Assembly (NCBI RefSeq): GCF_006345805.1
Contig: NC_043011.1
Coordinates: 26,114,464 to 26,178,463, forward strand
Source of the DNA: Octopus sinensis
Lineage: Eukaryota
DNA: 64,000 bases
Reading direction: 5' to 3'
How positions within the stretch are numbered: the stretch's first letter is position 1; each line of letters starts with the position of its first letter. This document shows positions 11,223 to 23,100 of this stretch, in pieces. The notes beneath the pieces were generated by a model, which worked only from the letters and a program-made list of their open reading frames with translations, was not told the DNA's origin and made no database searches. Both the position numbers and the translations under genes were made by a program.

Positions 11223-14200
11223 CACACAATACATATATACACACACACACACACACACATACACATATGTATATCTATATGTTCTGAGCTCAAATTCCAC
11301 TAGATTTGACTTTGGCTATCATCCTTTTGGGCTCGATAATAAAATAGGTACCAGTTGAACATGTCATCAACTTAACCCCTTCCCTGAAATTGCTGGCCTT
11401 GTGCCAAAATTTGAAACTAATATTAATAATTATAGCATTATTTAAAATTATTTGTCAGAATGATAGTGGAATGCAGTGCCAATATTGCTGGTGAAGCAAT
11501 TCCCTGCCAAATTTCCTTCCACGTCAACACATACAACCCTCTTACAGACAACAGGTAGTAAAGATGTCTTACTCCTTGGTTAGTTTCACTTGGCTGTCAC
11601 TGGCCTCTAGGGGTATACCATGTTTTGCCATGATATCTATTATGGTCCCCCTCAGTTCTTCATTGTAAGCGTCAAAATCAAAAACATTCTTCAACACAGT
11701 TGTGAGGCCTTCATTTGGAAATTTCTGGAAAGAAAAGAGAAAAGAAAACTTTTATGTATGTTAACTCTTGCTCTGTGTGTGTGTGTACACGTGAATGTAA
11801 TTTATGCATGCATGTCACTCCAATTTTAGGAGGACATTCGTCATGACCCTAGCTGTATTTTCGTGAAATTATTTTCCCCAGAAGCACCAGCGAATAGCAG
11901 TAAAAATAAATTTTCAACCAAAACTTTTAACAATTTTCAAGTCGGAGAAATCATCATTGTTTGCAAACTGGAGTTAAGACCCCTTCTAGCGACGAGTAAG
12001 TTTTTGTTAAGACTTTTGTTTTTTTTCCATTGAAGAGAAAAGTGTTTTGTTGATATATGGGCAACACACACATGAACATGTATGCGTACAAAAAACTTGT
12101 ATGCGTACAAAAAACATGTATGCAATAGGTGTACGTACATATGTGTGTGTGTTGCCCATATATATATATAGAATTTGCTTAGATGAGATGCAGTTTGGTT
12201 TTGTGCCGGGTAGAAGGACCACTGATGCTATATTCCTGGTCCGACAACTGCAGGAGAAGTACCTAGCTAAAGATAAACCCCTCTACATAGCTTTTGTGGA
12301 CTTGGAGAAAGCCTTTGACAGGGTTCCCCGATCCCTTATCTGGTGGTCGATGCGGAAACTGGAGATTGACGAATGGCTAATAAGGGCTGTACAGGCTCTA
12401 TACAGAGAGGCTGTCAGCAAGGTTAGGATTGGCAACGAATATAGTGAAGAGTTCCGGGTAGAAGTAGGTGTACACCAGGGCTCAGCCCTCAGTCCCCTTT
12501 TATTCATCATAGTCCTCCAGGCAATAACAGAGGAATTCAAAACAGGTTGCCCCTGGGAGCTCCTCTATGCTGATGACCTGGCCCTCATAGCAGAATCACT
12601 ACCGGAACTAAAAAAGAAATTTCGGGTGTGGAAACAAGGGTTAGAATCAAAGGGCCTTAGAGTAAATGTAGCGAAGACCAAAGTTATAGTATGCAGAAAG
12701 GCGAACTCAGCACACACCCCATCGGGCAGGTGGTCCTGCTCGAGCTGTAGGAAAGGTGTAGGTAGAAACTCCATAAGATGCACCCAGTGTAAGCTATGGA
12801 CGCATAAGAGGTGCAGCAACATCAAAGGGAAATTAACTGATAAGATAGCTTTCATGTGCGGCAGATGCACAGGGACAATAGACACCACAGATACTCAGAA
12901 AACAGATTCCATCACACTCCAGGGGGAGAAACTAGAAGTAGTTGATAGTTTCCGCTACCTGGGTGACCAAGTTAGTAGTGGGGGTGGATGCTCAGAGAGT
13001 GTCACCACTAGAATACGAATAGCCTGGGCAAAGTTTAGAAAGCTCCTACCCCTACTGGCGACAAAGGGTCTCCCACTCAGAGTGAAAGGTAGATTGTATG
13101 ATGCATGTGTGCGAACTGCCATGCTTCACGGCAGTGAAACATGGACCGTGACTGCAGAGGACTTGCGTAGACTTGAAAGAAATGAAGCTAGCATGATCTG
13201 CTGGATGTGTAATGTCAGTGTGAATGCACGACAGAGTGTAAGCACCCTGAGAGAAATGCTAGGCATAAGAAGCATCAGATGCAGTGTGCAAGAGCGACAC
13301 TTGCGATGGTATGGTCATGTACTGCGGATGGATGAGGAGAGATGTGTGAAGAAGTGCCAATCCCGAACAGTTAAAGGAATCAGGGGGAGAGGTAGACCTA
13401 GGAAGACATGGGATGAGGTAGTCAAGCATGACCTCAGAGCGTTGGGCCTCACTGAGGCAATGGCGAAGGACCGAGATCTCTGGAGATGTGCTGTGACTAC
13501 TAAGACCCGGGATGCTTCCAGCACCAGTTCCGCATAGCCCCTGCCCATTCAAAGTACCTTGGATCCCGGAACATCTCGCTGTGCTTGAGGAGACCTGTTG
13601 AGTCAAGTGCATGTACATGAACATCAAACCAAATATCAATGGAAATAGTAGTTGTGATACCTGTGCTGGTGGCACATAAAAAGCGCCATCTGAACGTGGC
13701 CGTTACCAGTGCCGCCCCGACTGGCTTCTGTGCCGGTGGCACATAAAAAGCACCATCCGAACGTGACCAATGCCAACCCCGTCCGAATGGCTTCTGTGCC
13801 GGTGGCACATAAAAAGCACCATCCGAACGTGGCCGATGCCAGCCCCGCCTCGACTGGCTTCTGTGCCGGTGGCACATAAAAAGCACCATCCGAACGTGGC
13901 CGATGCCAGCACCGCCTCGACTGGCTTCTGTGCCGGTGGCACATAAAAAGCACCAACCGATCGTGGCCGATGCCAGACCCCTCTGGCACCTGTGCAGGTG
14001 GCATGTAAAAAGCACCCACTACACTCGCGGAGTGGTTGGCGTTAGGAAGGGCATCCAGCTGTAGAAACGCTGCCAGATCAGACTGGAGCCTGGAGCAGCC
14101 CCTGGCTCCCCAGACCCCGGTCGAACCGTCCAACCCGTGCTAGCGCGGAAAACGGACGTTAAACGATGATGATGATGATAAACCAATTTCAATGGATTTC

Positions 14201-16736
14201 GCCCAAATTTGACGTCAATGTTACTTAGTTTAGTTTGAAATAAAGAACTTGATTAGCTTAATAATCCTAACTTAATCCCAGGCAAGGCTGGGCTATACTG
14301 CTAGTGGTCAATAAAATAAATACTGAGTACTAAAGTCGATGTAATCAACTTACTCCTTCTCCTGAAGTTGCTGACCTTCTGCCTAAATTTGAAATCAAAT
14401 ATTCAGTTACTTCTTAAGGCGGCAAGCTAGCAGAATCGTTAGCACATTGGGCAAAATGCTTAACTGCATTTTATCCATCTTTATGATCTGAGTTCAAGTT
14501 CTACTGAGGTTGACTTTGCCTTTCATCCCTTTCAGGGTCAATAAAATAAGTACCAGTTGAGCACTGGGGTCAATGTAATTGATTTACCCCTCCCCAAAAA
14601 TTGCTGGCCTTGGGCCAAAATGTGAAACCAATATTTAGTTACTTCTTAATTATACTTTGTGAATAAATAAAGGGGGGAAATTATATATTTCTTTAAAATA
14701 CTTAACCCCCATGGCATAGTTATTTCTATTATGACTTCTACTAGCTCCAGATTCTTCAGAATCATATGAAAAGAAAGATCATTTTTTTTTCAATAGTAAT
14801 ATAAATTTCTGTTACCTTTATGTGCTTAACAGTTAATTTAAATTCAAATATTTTTATGATACAGAATACTGTGAACCAACCTAAGAAAATCAAACTTTTC
14901 AATCAAATAAAACCTGGCATACTTTGTTTTTGCATCTGGTTTGCAAGTTTTTTTATGTGAATTCATGTGTTGAAACAAATTTTGTCAAGGGAGAGTCATT
15001 ATGCCAATATAATTAACACACACAACCACTGTGTGTGTGTGTTAATTATATTGACATAATGACTCTCCCTAGACACAACAAAATACCTGGCATATATATG
15101 TATATGTGTATATATATTATGTAGTTGGCGTTAGGAAGGACGCACAGCTGTAAAAATCAAACCAAAGCAGACTATGGAACCTGCTGCAGTCCTGGCCTTG
15201 CCAGCTCCTGTCAAGCTGTCCAACCCATCCCAGCATGGAAAACGGATGTTAAATGATGATGATGATATGTAAAACCTACATAGTAGACATGTAAATTCAG
15301 CAATTTCTCTGTAGATTCAAAAAAAGCAAAAGCCTTGACCAATTTTCAATTTTCATTGGGATTTTATGAGAAGTGCCTACATCACTTGACCAATCCCAGA
15401 GAAATAAGTAGCCAACCCACGTACATGAACATAAAATCCAGTAGCTCCAGAAAACTGGAGCTATTAATTTGCATTCTATAGGTATTTAACATAAATATTT
15501 AACATATTATCTACTCTATTTTAACATGTATAAGAAACCCATTTCTGTCAACAATTGCTAATTTACAGGAACATAAATACAATTTATTAACAAATACTGA
15601 CATACCTGCAGGTGCTTAATCATATTGACAACTTCACGGGTGGAATAAGGGTAGTTGATCAGCCCTTGATCGGCTAAATTTCTTAGTTCACCAAATGCCA
15701 GAACCAACTTCCTGAGAATGTTATTGGAAACATCTGGTCCATATTGTTGGAGCATGGCAATCTCAGAGTCCATGTCTGGATTATCTATTCCATGACAGCT
15801 GAAGATGTCTCCTACAAATGAAAGGTAATAATGGTTTCAAATTTTAGTACAATGCCAGCAATTTTGAGGGAAGAGGACTAGTCAGTACCATTGCACCCAG
15901 TACTTGACTGGTACCTTATTTTATCACTCTTTGATGGATGAAAGCCAAACATGACACTGGGGGGAAATCAAACACAGAACATAAAGAGTCAGAAGATGCA
16001 CCATAAACCATTCCTTCTGACACTAATGGTTTTGCCAACTTGCTGATCCTGATCTTCCAATGAATCGTAATAGCACCATCTTGTTATCTGCATTCTACCA
16101 TAGACTGCCTGCCTGCCCATCCATCCATCCACAACAAGGAGGAAGAGGAGAAGAAGAAGAAGAAGGTGGCCATGGTGATGATGATGATAATAATAATTAC
16201 CCAGATGCAATGTCAGGCAGTGGTTGTCATGGCTTCTAATCGTAACTGATTAGAAGTGTACATGTTTTGCCTTTGTGTAAATACCACAGATTTGCCTGTC
16301 AGTTGCTTGACCATAACTAGCTGAGCATGTCCCTTAGTGGCTGGCAATATGTGCATATCTGATCATGAGCAGGAGTAGTAACGGAGCATTATAGCCATGT
16401 GTTAAGAAGAATTCGTTGGGGTTTGAATAATTCACCCCTAGAAGCATGGGTGTTTCATCCATCATCCTTAAACAACTTTTATTCAGGGATCTTTTGAGTG
16501 GGATGGGCTGCCTGAAGAAAATTCTAACAGGGCCCCACCTACAAGATCATGTGCTATTTATCTTGATATGAGGTCACCATATAGCACACATATGGTTGTG
16601 ATGAACATGCTCAGAGTACCCTTATCAGAGTGGGTAGTCATGATGGGGATATCAAGCTTTGTATATTTGTACCCCAGCATCCCTTTGAGGGGGTGTGCTG
16701 CTCTTTCACTCAATCACAATAATAATAATAATAATA

Positions 16737-16784
<48 letters not shown>

Positions 16785-18496
16785 GTTTCAAATTTTGGCA
16801 TAAAGCCAGTAATTTCGAGGGAGAGGGTAAGTTGATTACAACAACCCCAGTGCTCGACTGATACTTATTTTATTGGCCCCCAAAATATGAAAAGCAAAAC
16901 TGATTTGGCAGAATCAGAACTCAGAATGTAAAAACAGATAAAATGGCACTCAGCATTTTGCCCGCCCTATTAATAATTCTGCCAGCTTAATGACTTAAAG
17001 GATGAAAGGTAAAGCTGATCTCTGTGGAATTTGAACTCAGAATGTAAAGACACACAAAATTTCACTTAGCATTCTGCCTTGCACAGTAATAATTCTGCCA
17101 GCTCACTGCGAGAACAACAACAATAACAATAATAATAAAAATAATCCAATTTTGGCAGAAGGTCAGCTATAAGGCGGCGAGCTGGCAGAAATGTTAGCAC
17201 GCCGAGCGAAATGCTACTACATTCTGAGTTCAAATTCTGCTGAGGTCGACTTTGCCTTTCATCCTTTTGGGGTCGATAAATTAAGTACCAGTTACGCACT
17301 GAGGTCGATATAATCAACTTAATCTGTTTGTCTGTCCTTGTTTGTCCCCTCTGTGTGTAGCCCCTTATGGGTAGTAAAGAAATAAGAAGGTCAGCTATCT
17401 TCAAGGAAGGGTAAGTCAATACTAACAACCACAGTACTTGACTGATGCTTTGTCTTATCAACCCCAAAAGGAAGAAAGGCAAAACTGACTTTGGTAACAT
17501 TGAAATTCAAAACATACAGAACTGAAGGAAATTCTGCAAAGCATTTTCTCCAATGAATTAATAAAAACAATAATGAATAAAACAAAAATCAGGATATTTA
17601 CCTACTGCGCCAAAGAAATCATTGCCAAGGAATGGGAAGCCAGGTCGATTAGCCAAGACAATCATACGAAAATTAGGGTGTGTCACGATGGTTTTCTCAG
17701 AAGGTGGCACTCGAGAATTGGCTGGATAAACAGAGAAAAAAATTTAAATAAATACAAAATGAAAGGAAAAGAGGAGGGGAAGGAGGGAACTTGAACTCGG
17801 CACTTTAAGATTGCAAGTATATCTCTGTATAGCTTCAAGTAAGCATTTTTTTAAATATCATCTATTCTGATGACAAATCTGATGAAAAACCTGAGAAGGG
17901 AAAGTGGTAAGAAGGAAGAGGGAAAGACTGAGAGGAGTGAGTGAGAGAGATTGAAAGAGAGTGAAAAAGACCAAAAGAAAAAGAAGAGAGGACAAACCAG
18001 AGACTATTTTGCGGCCATCAGCCATATGCATCTCTCCAGATTCCACAAGTGTCTTCAAAATACACGTGACGTGTGTTGGCGCCTTGTCTGCCTCATCTAT
18101 AACCAAAACATGACCTTCTTTCACAGCACGCACCTATAAAATAGCAAACAGAAAGGAAAGAAATTGCTACTGTCATTTTCGATGTTGGTGAAACACCATG
18201 GATTAAACAACATCTATTTATCAAACATGTTGATCGTACCAGTTCTTGTCTGATCACCAAAGTGAAGCAATGTCAAGCCCAGTTAGCACTTAGATGGGTG
18301 ACCACTTGGGAAACCTAGAGCTGTAAGCATCTCACTTTTCCAAAGCAGTGTCCGAGCATGGCTGCAGTGTAATGACTGAGACAAGATAAAAGATATCTCC
18401 ACAAATAGCTGACCAAAAATATGAAATACATTACTCTCACTATGTTCTAGGTACTTCTTTCTCCTTCCTACCTCATCAAATCACAGTAACTTACAG

Positions 18497-18568
<72 letters not shown>

Positions 18569-20150
18569 ATTGCACAACAAAAATAAGATATATTTTCAAA
18601 TGCAGAGTTGCCATTAGAACAGCAGAAATACTGGCTAAATTACCCTATTTGTATTGTACAATACATGCTTCAATGCTTCTCATGAAAAAACAAATATTTG
18701 TTTATATTTATACATACATTATATATATATATATCATCATCATCGTTTATATATAGATATATATCATCATCATCATCATTTAACATCCATTTTCCATGCT
18801 GGCATGGATTGAACAGTTTGATAGGAGCTGGCAAGGCCAGGGACCACACCAGGTTCCATAGTTGGTTTTTGGCTTGGTTTCCACATCTGGATGCCCTTTC
18901 TGATGTCAACCACTTTATAGAGTGTACTGACTGCTTTTTAGGTAGCACCAGTGTTTTTTACATGGCACCAGCATCAATGCCTGTGGCACCATCACTAGAG
19001 TTTTTTTACATGACACCATTACCAGTGTTTTTTACGTGCCACCTGCACCAGTGCTTTTTACATGGTACCAGAATCAGTGTTTTTTACATGGCCCCAATAT
19101 CAGTGCTTTTTACATGGCACCAGCACCAGTGCCTTTTACATGGCATCAACACCAGTGTCCTTGAGTGAAGATGCATGGTCAAGACATCAGAGCAATCATG
19201 GGTTCGATCCCTGGAGTGGGTAGCAAATTATGTTCTTGAGCAAGGCACATCATTTCACATTGCTCCAGTCAACTCAGCTGAAAATGAGTACCACTGCTTT
19301 CTATATCGAAGGTGAAAATGTTCACCCAAGCATGTTGCTGGCTGCAAGTACATGTCACTGAAAAGGCCCAGCATGGCCAACATGCATCTGATGTTCTAAC
19401 TGATCACTATTGGGCCAATTTTCATCTTCCTCTGATATTTATTGTTTTTAACACAGCAAAACCATAAGAGATGTTACCTCTTGACAAATACCACAGTAAC
19501 TAACCTATAGAGAGTGTGTATACATTAAGTATGATACATAGGTAGCTGATATGCATGCACGCATACATACACATATATATATATATATATATATAACAGG
19601 ACATGCATACAGACAAGGACAGCTGTGTAAAGAAGTGCCAATCTCTAACTGTGGAGTAAAACTGTGGAAGAGGCAGACCCAGGAAGACATGGGATGAGGT
19701 GGTGAAGCAGGATCTTTGAAAGTTGGACCTCACGGAGGCAATGATAAAGACAGACCTTTGGCAATAAGCCGTACTTGAGAAGACCCATCAAGCCAAGTGA
19801 AATCATAGTTGTAGCCGATACTGGTGTCACATAAGTGGCACCTGTGCTGGTGGCATGTAAAAAAATACCCTTCAAAAGTTGGGCCTCGGTGACAAAGACT
19901 TTTGGCAATATGCCATGCTTGTGAAGACTCATCGAGCCAAGTGAAATCATAGTTGTTGCCGATGCTAGTGTCACGTAACTGGCATCCATGTCAGTGGCAC
20001 ATCAAAGGCACCCATTACACTCTTGGTTAACATTAGGAGGGCATCCAGCCATAAAAACCATGCCAAATCAGACTGGAACTTGGTGCAGCTCTCCGGCTTA
20101 CCAGTTTCTGTCCAAACTATCTAACCCATGTCAGCATGGAAAGTAGATGA

Positions 20151-20195
<45 letters not shown>

Positions 20196-23100
20196 ATATA
20201 TATGCAACTATGGAGCAAAGAAGATATGATAGAGAGGTTCTACTTACCAGAGGTGAATCTTCATACATGATGACACCATTCAGTACAGTTGGTTGCAATG
20301 TTAATGTCTGCACTGTGGTATCACTAGAGAATACAATCATCATAACCATTATAATCATCAGTACAACCACTATTTACAATTTCCCACCAACAACAACAAC
20401 ATAATTATGCTGCCACCACTAGCAACATAGAAATAACAGAACAGACAGAGCCATATCGAAGGGAGACACTACCGGCTGTACAAAACATTTAGGGAGGGAT
20501 TTGTAATCCGAGCTAAAAACGTGTATGTATTATTAAAAGACGCAACCTCCTTCCTCAGATTTTCTTTCTCATTAGCCGAACTCTAGTCTTTCACCATCTC
20601 CCTCTTTTGTAAAATCTTGATGCTACTCATCCACCCACTTCCTGATCTTCCAATACTCTTTCACTGGTACCTATAATAACCATATTTACTGCCTTTTCAT
20701 AAGGATGAGAAAAGTTTATTTCCCAGCAGTTTCTTTTGTAACACTCTCCGTTAATTCAGTATAAGGTATCTTTTTTTATATTTTATAATATGCACAGGCA
20801 TGGCTGTGTGGTTAAGAAGCTTGCTTCCCAACCATATAGTCTTGGATTTGGTCCCTCAGCATGGTACTTGTGCAAGTGTTTTTTCAGCTGTAGCCCTGGG
20901 TTGAACAAAGCTTTGTAAGAGGATTTGGTAGAGGAAGTGAAAGAAGCCTGTTATGCATGTGTGCATGTAAGCCTGTCATATATATATATATCACCATGAT
21001 CACCGTGACCAACCAGGCTATCAGATGTTGTTACACATCACTGATCACAATGCGCTTCGCATTGTTTTAGCCTTCAAATGATGCCACCCCGCTGGCTAAG
21101 CGAGCAGGCCAACAGAAGAAAGAGTGAGAGAAAATTGTGGTGAAAGAGTACAGCAGGGACCGCCACCACTCCCTGCTGGAGCCTTGTGGAGCTTTAGGTG
21201 TTTTTGCTCAATAAACACTCACAACGCCCAGTCTGGGAATCGAAACCGCGATCCTATGACCGTGAGTCCGCTGCCCTAACCACTGGGCCATTGCACCTCC
21301 ATATATATATATATATATATTAATGTGCATGTGTGTCTGTGTTTGTATCCCCTCCCTCTACAATCAGTGTTGGTTTGTTTACGTTCCCATAAACTAACAG
21401 TTCAGCAAAGTAACTGATAGAACAGGTATCAGACTTGAAAATAAATACTGATGGGAGTGGGGGGTCAATTTGTGCAGCTTAAACCCATCAAAGCAGTGCC
21501 TTGGCATGGTCACAGTCCAATGAGTGAACCAAGTAAAAGAAGCAAAGATAGACACACATGTAGATAGGTGACTATAAAATAAAATATGGACAGATTTCAA
21601 ATACATACCGATGGAGTTGGATGTATTCTCTGGGCTGATTTAATAGCTGTAGGAATCTGTCTACAATCTTATTCTTGCCCACTCCTTGGTTCCCTACCAA
21701 CAGCAAATGCTCTCCTAAGGAATAATCTTTGAGCATATCCTCCATAACAATCAGATGCTGAAACAAATCAAAGTAAATATTAAAAAAAAAAATTCATTCC
21801 AGAAGAACTAATAAGTTTTTGTTAATAATCAATTTTAGATCAATAAGTAGTATTAGTATTTTGTTGTATTTAGGGAGAGTCATTATGCCCATGTTATTAA
21901 CACACGTGCTAAGGAGGCAAGCTGGCAGAATCACTAGCATATTAGGCAAAATGCTTAGTGGCATTTCGTCTGTCTATTGTCTGGGTTCAAATTCCGCCAA
22001 GGTCAACTTTGCCTTTCATCCTTTCAGGGTCGATAAATTAAGTACCAGTTGAGTACTGGGGTTGATGTAATCAACTGAACCCCTCCCCTCAAATTTCAGG
22101 TCTTCTACCTATAGTAGAAAGGATTATTAACACATAGGATTATTATAGGCGTAGGAGTGACTGTGTGGTAAGTAGCTTGCTTACGAACCACATGGTTCCG
22201 GGTTCAGTCCCATTGCATGGCACCTTGGGCAAGTGTCTTCTACTATAGCCTCAGGCCAACCAAAGTCTTGTGAGTGGATTTGGTAGACGGAAACTAAAAG
22301 AAGCCTATCATATATATGTATATATGTATGTGTGTGTATATGTTTGTGTGTCTGTATTTGTTCCCCGAACATCATTGACAACCAATGGTGGTGTGTTTAT
22401 GTCCCCGTAACTTAGCAGTTCAGCAAAAGAGACCGATAGAATAAGTAATAGGCTTACAAAGAATAAGTAATAGGCTTACAAAGAATAAGTCCTGGGGTCG
22501 ATTTTCTCGACTAAAGGCGGTGCTCCAGCATGGCCACAGTCAAATGACTGAAACCAGTAAAAGAGTAAAGAGTAAAAGACATGTACTGGTTCAATTCCAC
22601 TCCATTATTAGTCAATTGGTTATATATCCAACCTAACTAACCGACTGTTTGTTTAATGTGGTTAAACAGTAAGTGGTTTGTATTGTTTTTGTTTGTCAAA
22701 GCTCTTTCGTTGCTACTTACAACTTTTTCAATGACTTTCTTCTTAGTCCATTACAATGCGTGTGTTGATAATATTGGCATAACGACTCTCCCTAGACACA
22801 ACAAAATTTGTTTCAACACACTAATTCACATAAAGAATCTTGCAAACCAGATACAAAAATGAAGTATTGTTAGTATTATTATTGTTTTATCACACATGAT
22901 CACGTGACTGACCAGGCTATCAGATGTTGCTACATATCACTGATCACAATTGTTTTAGCCTTCAAATGATGCCACCCTTACTGGCTAAGCGAACAGGCCA
23001 ACATTGCCCCTGATCAAAAGCGGGGCTGGAGCAATATGAAATGAAATGTTTTACTCAAGAACACAAAGCACCACCCAATCATGGAATTAAACACACAATC

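Noticed and set aside
10832-11358. ORFs rich in YI/CV/HT (also 3249, 31971, 32052, 44631, 44771, 54932)
   Set aside because: These are translations of microsatellites; 44631-44948 is real only in its exon 5 part.
11455-11560. Possible VWA8 exon just after exon 26 ([15 protein letters not shown])
   Set aside because: It would need a 32-nt intron and hits stops; the true next exon is at 820-931.
13655-14010. CRISPR-like repeat-spacer array
   Set aside because: The spacers are homologous to one another, the array is part of a LINE 3' UTR in an animal intron, and there are no cas genes.
13259-14133. Several repetitive ORFs (e.g. 13500-14015, 13636-14133; also 6685-7300, 18698-19168)
   Set aside because: Antisense or off-frame readings of the RTE 3' UTR VNTR, with no domain content.
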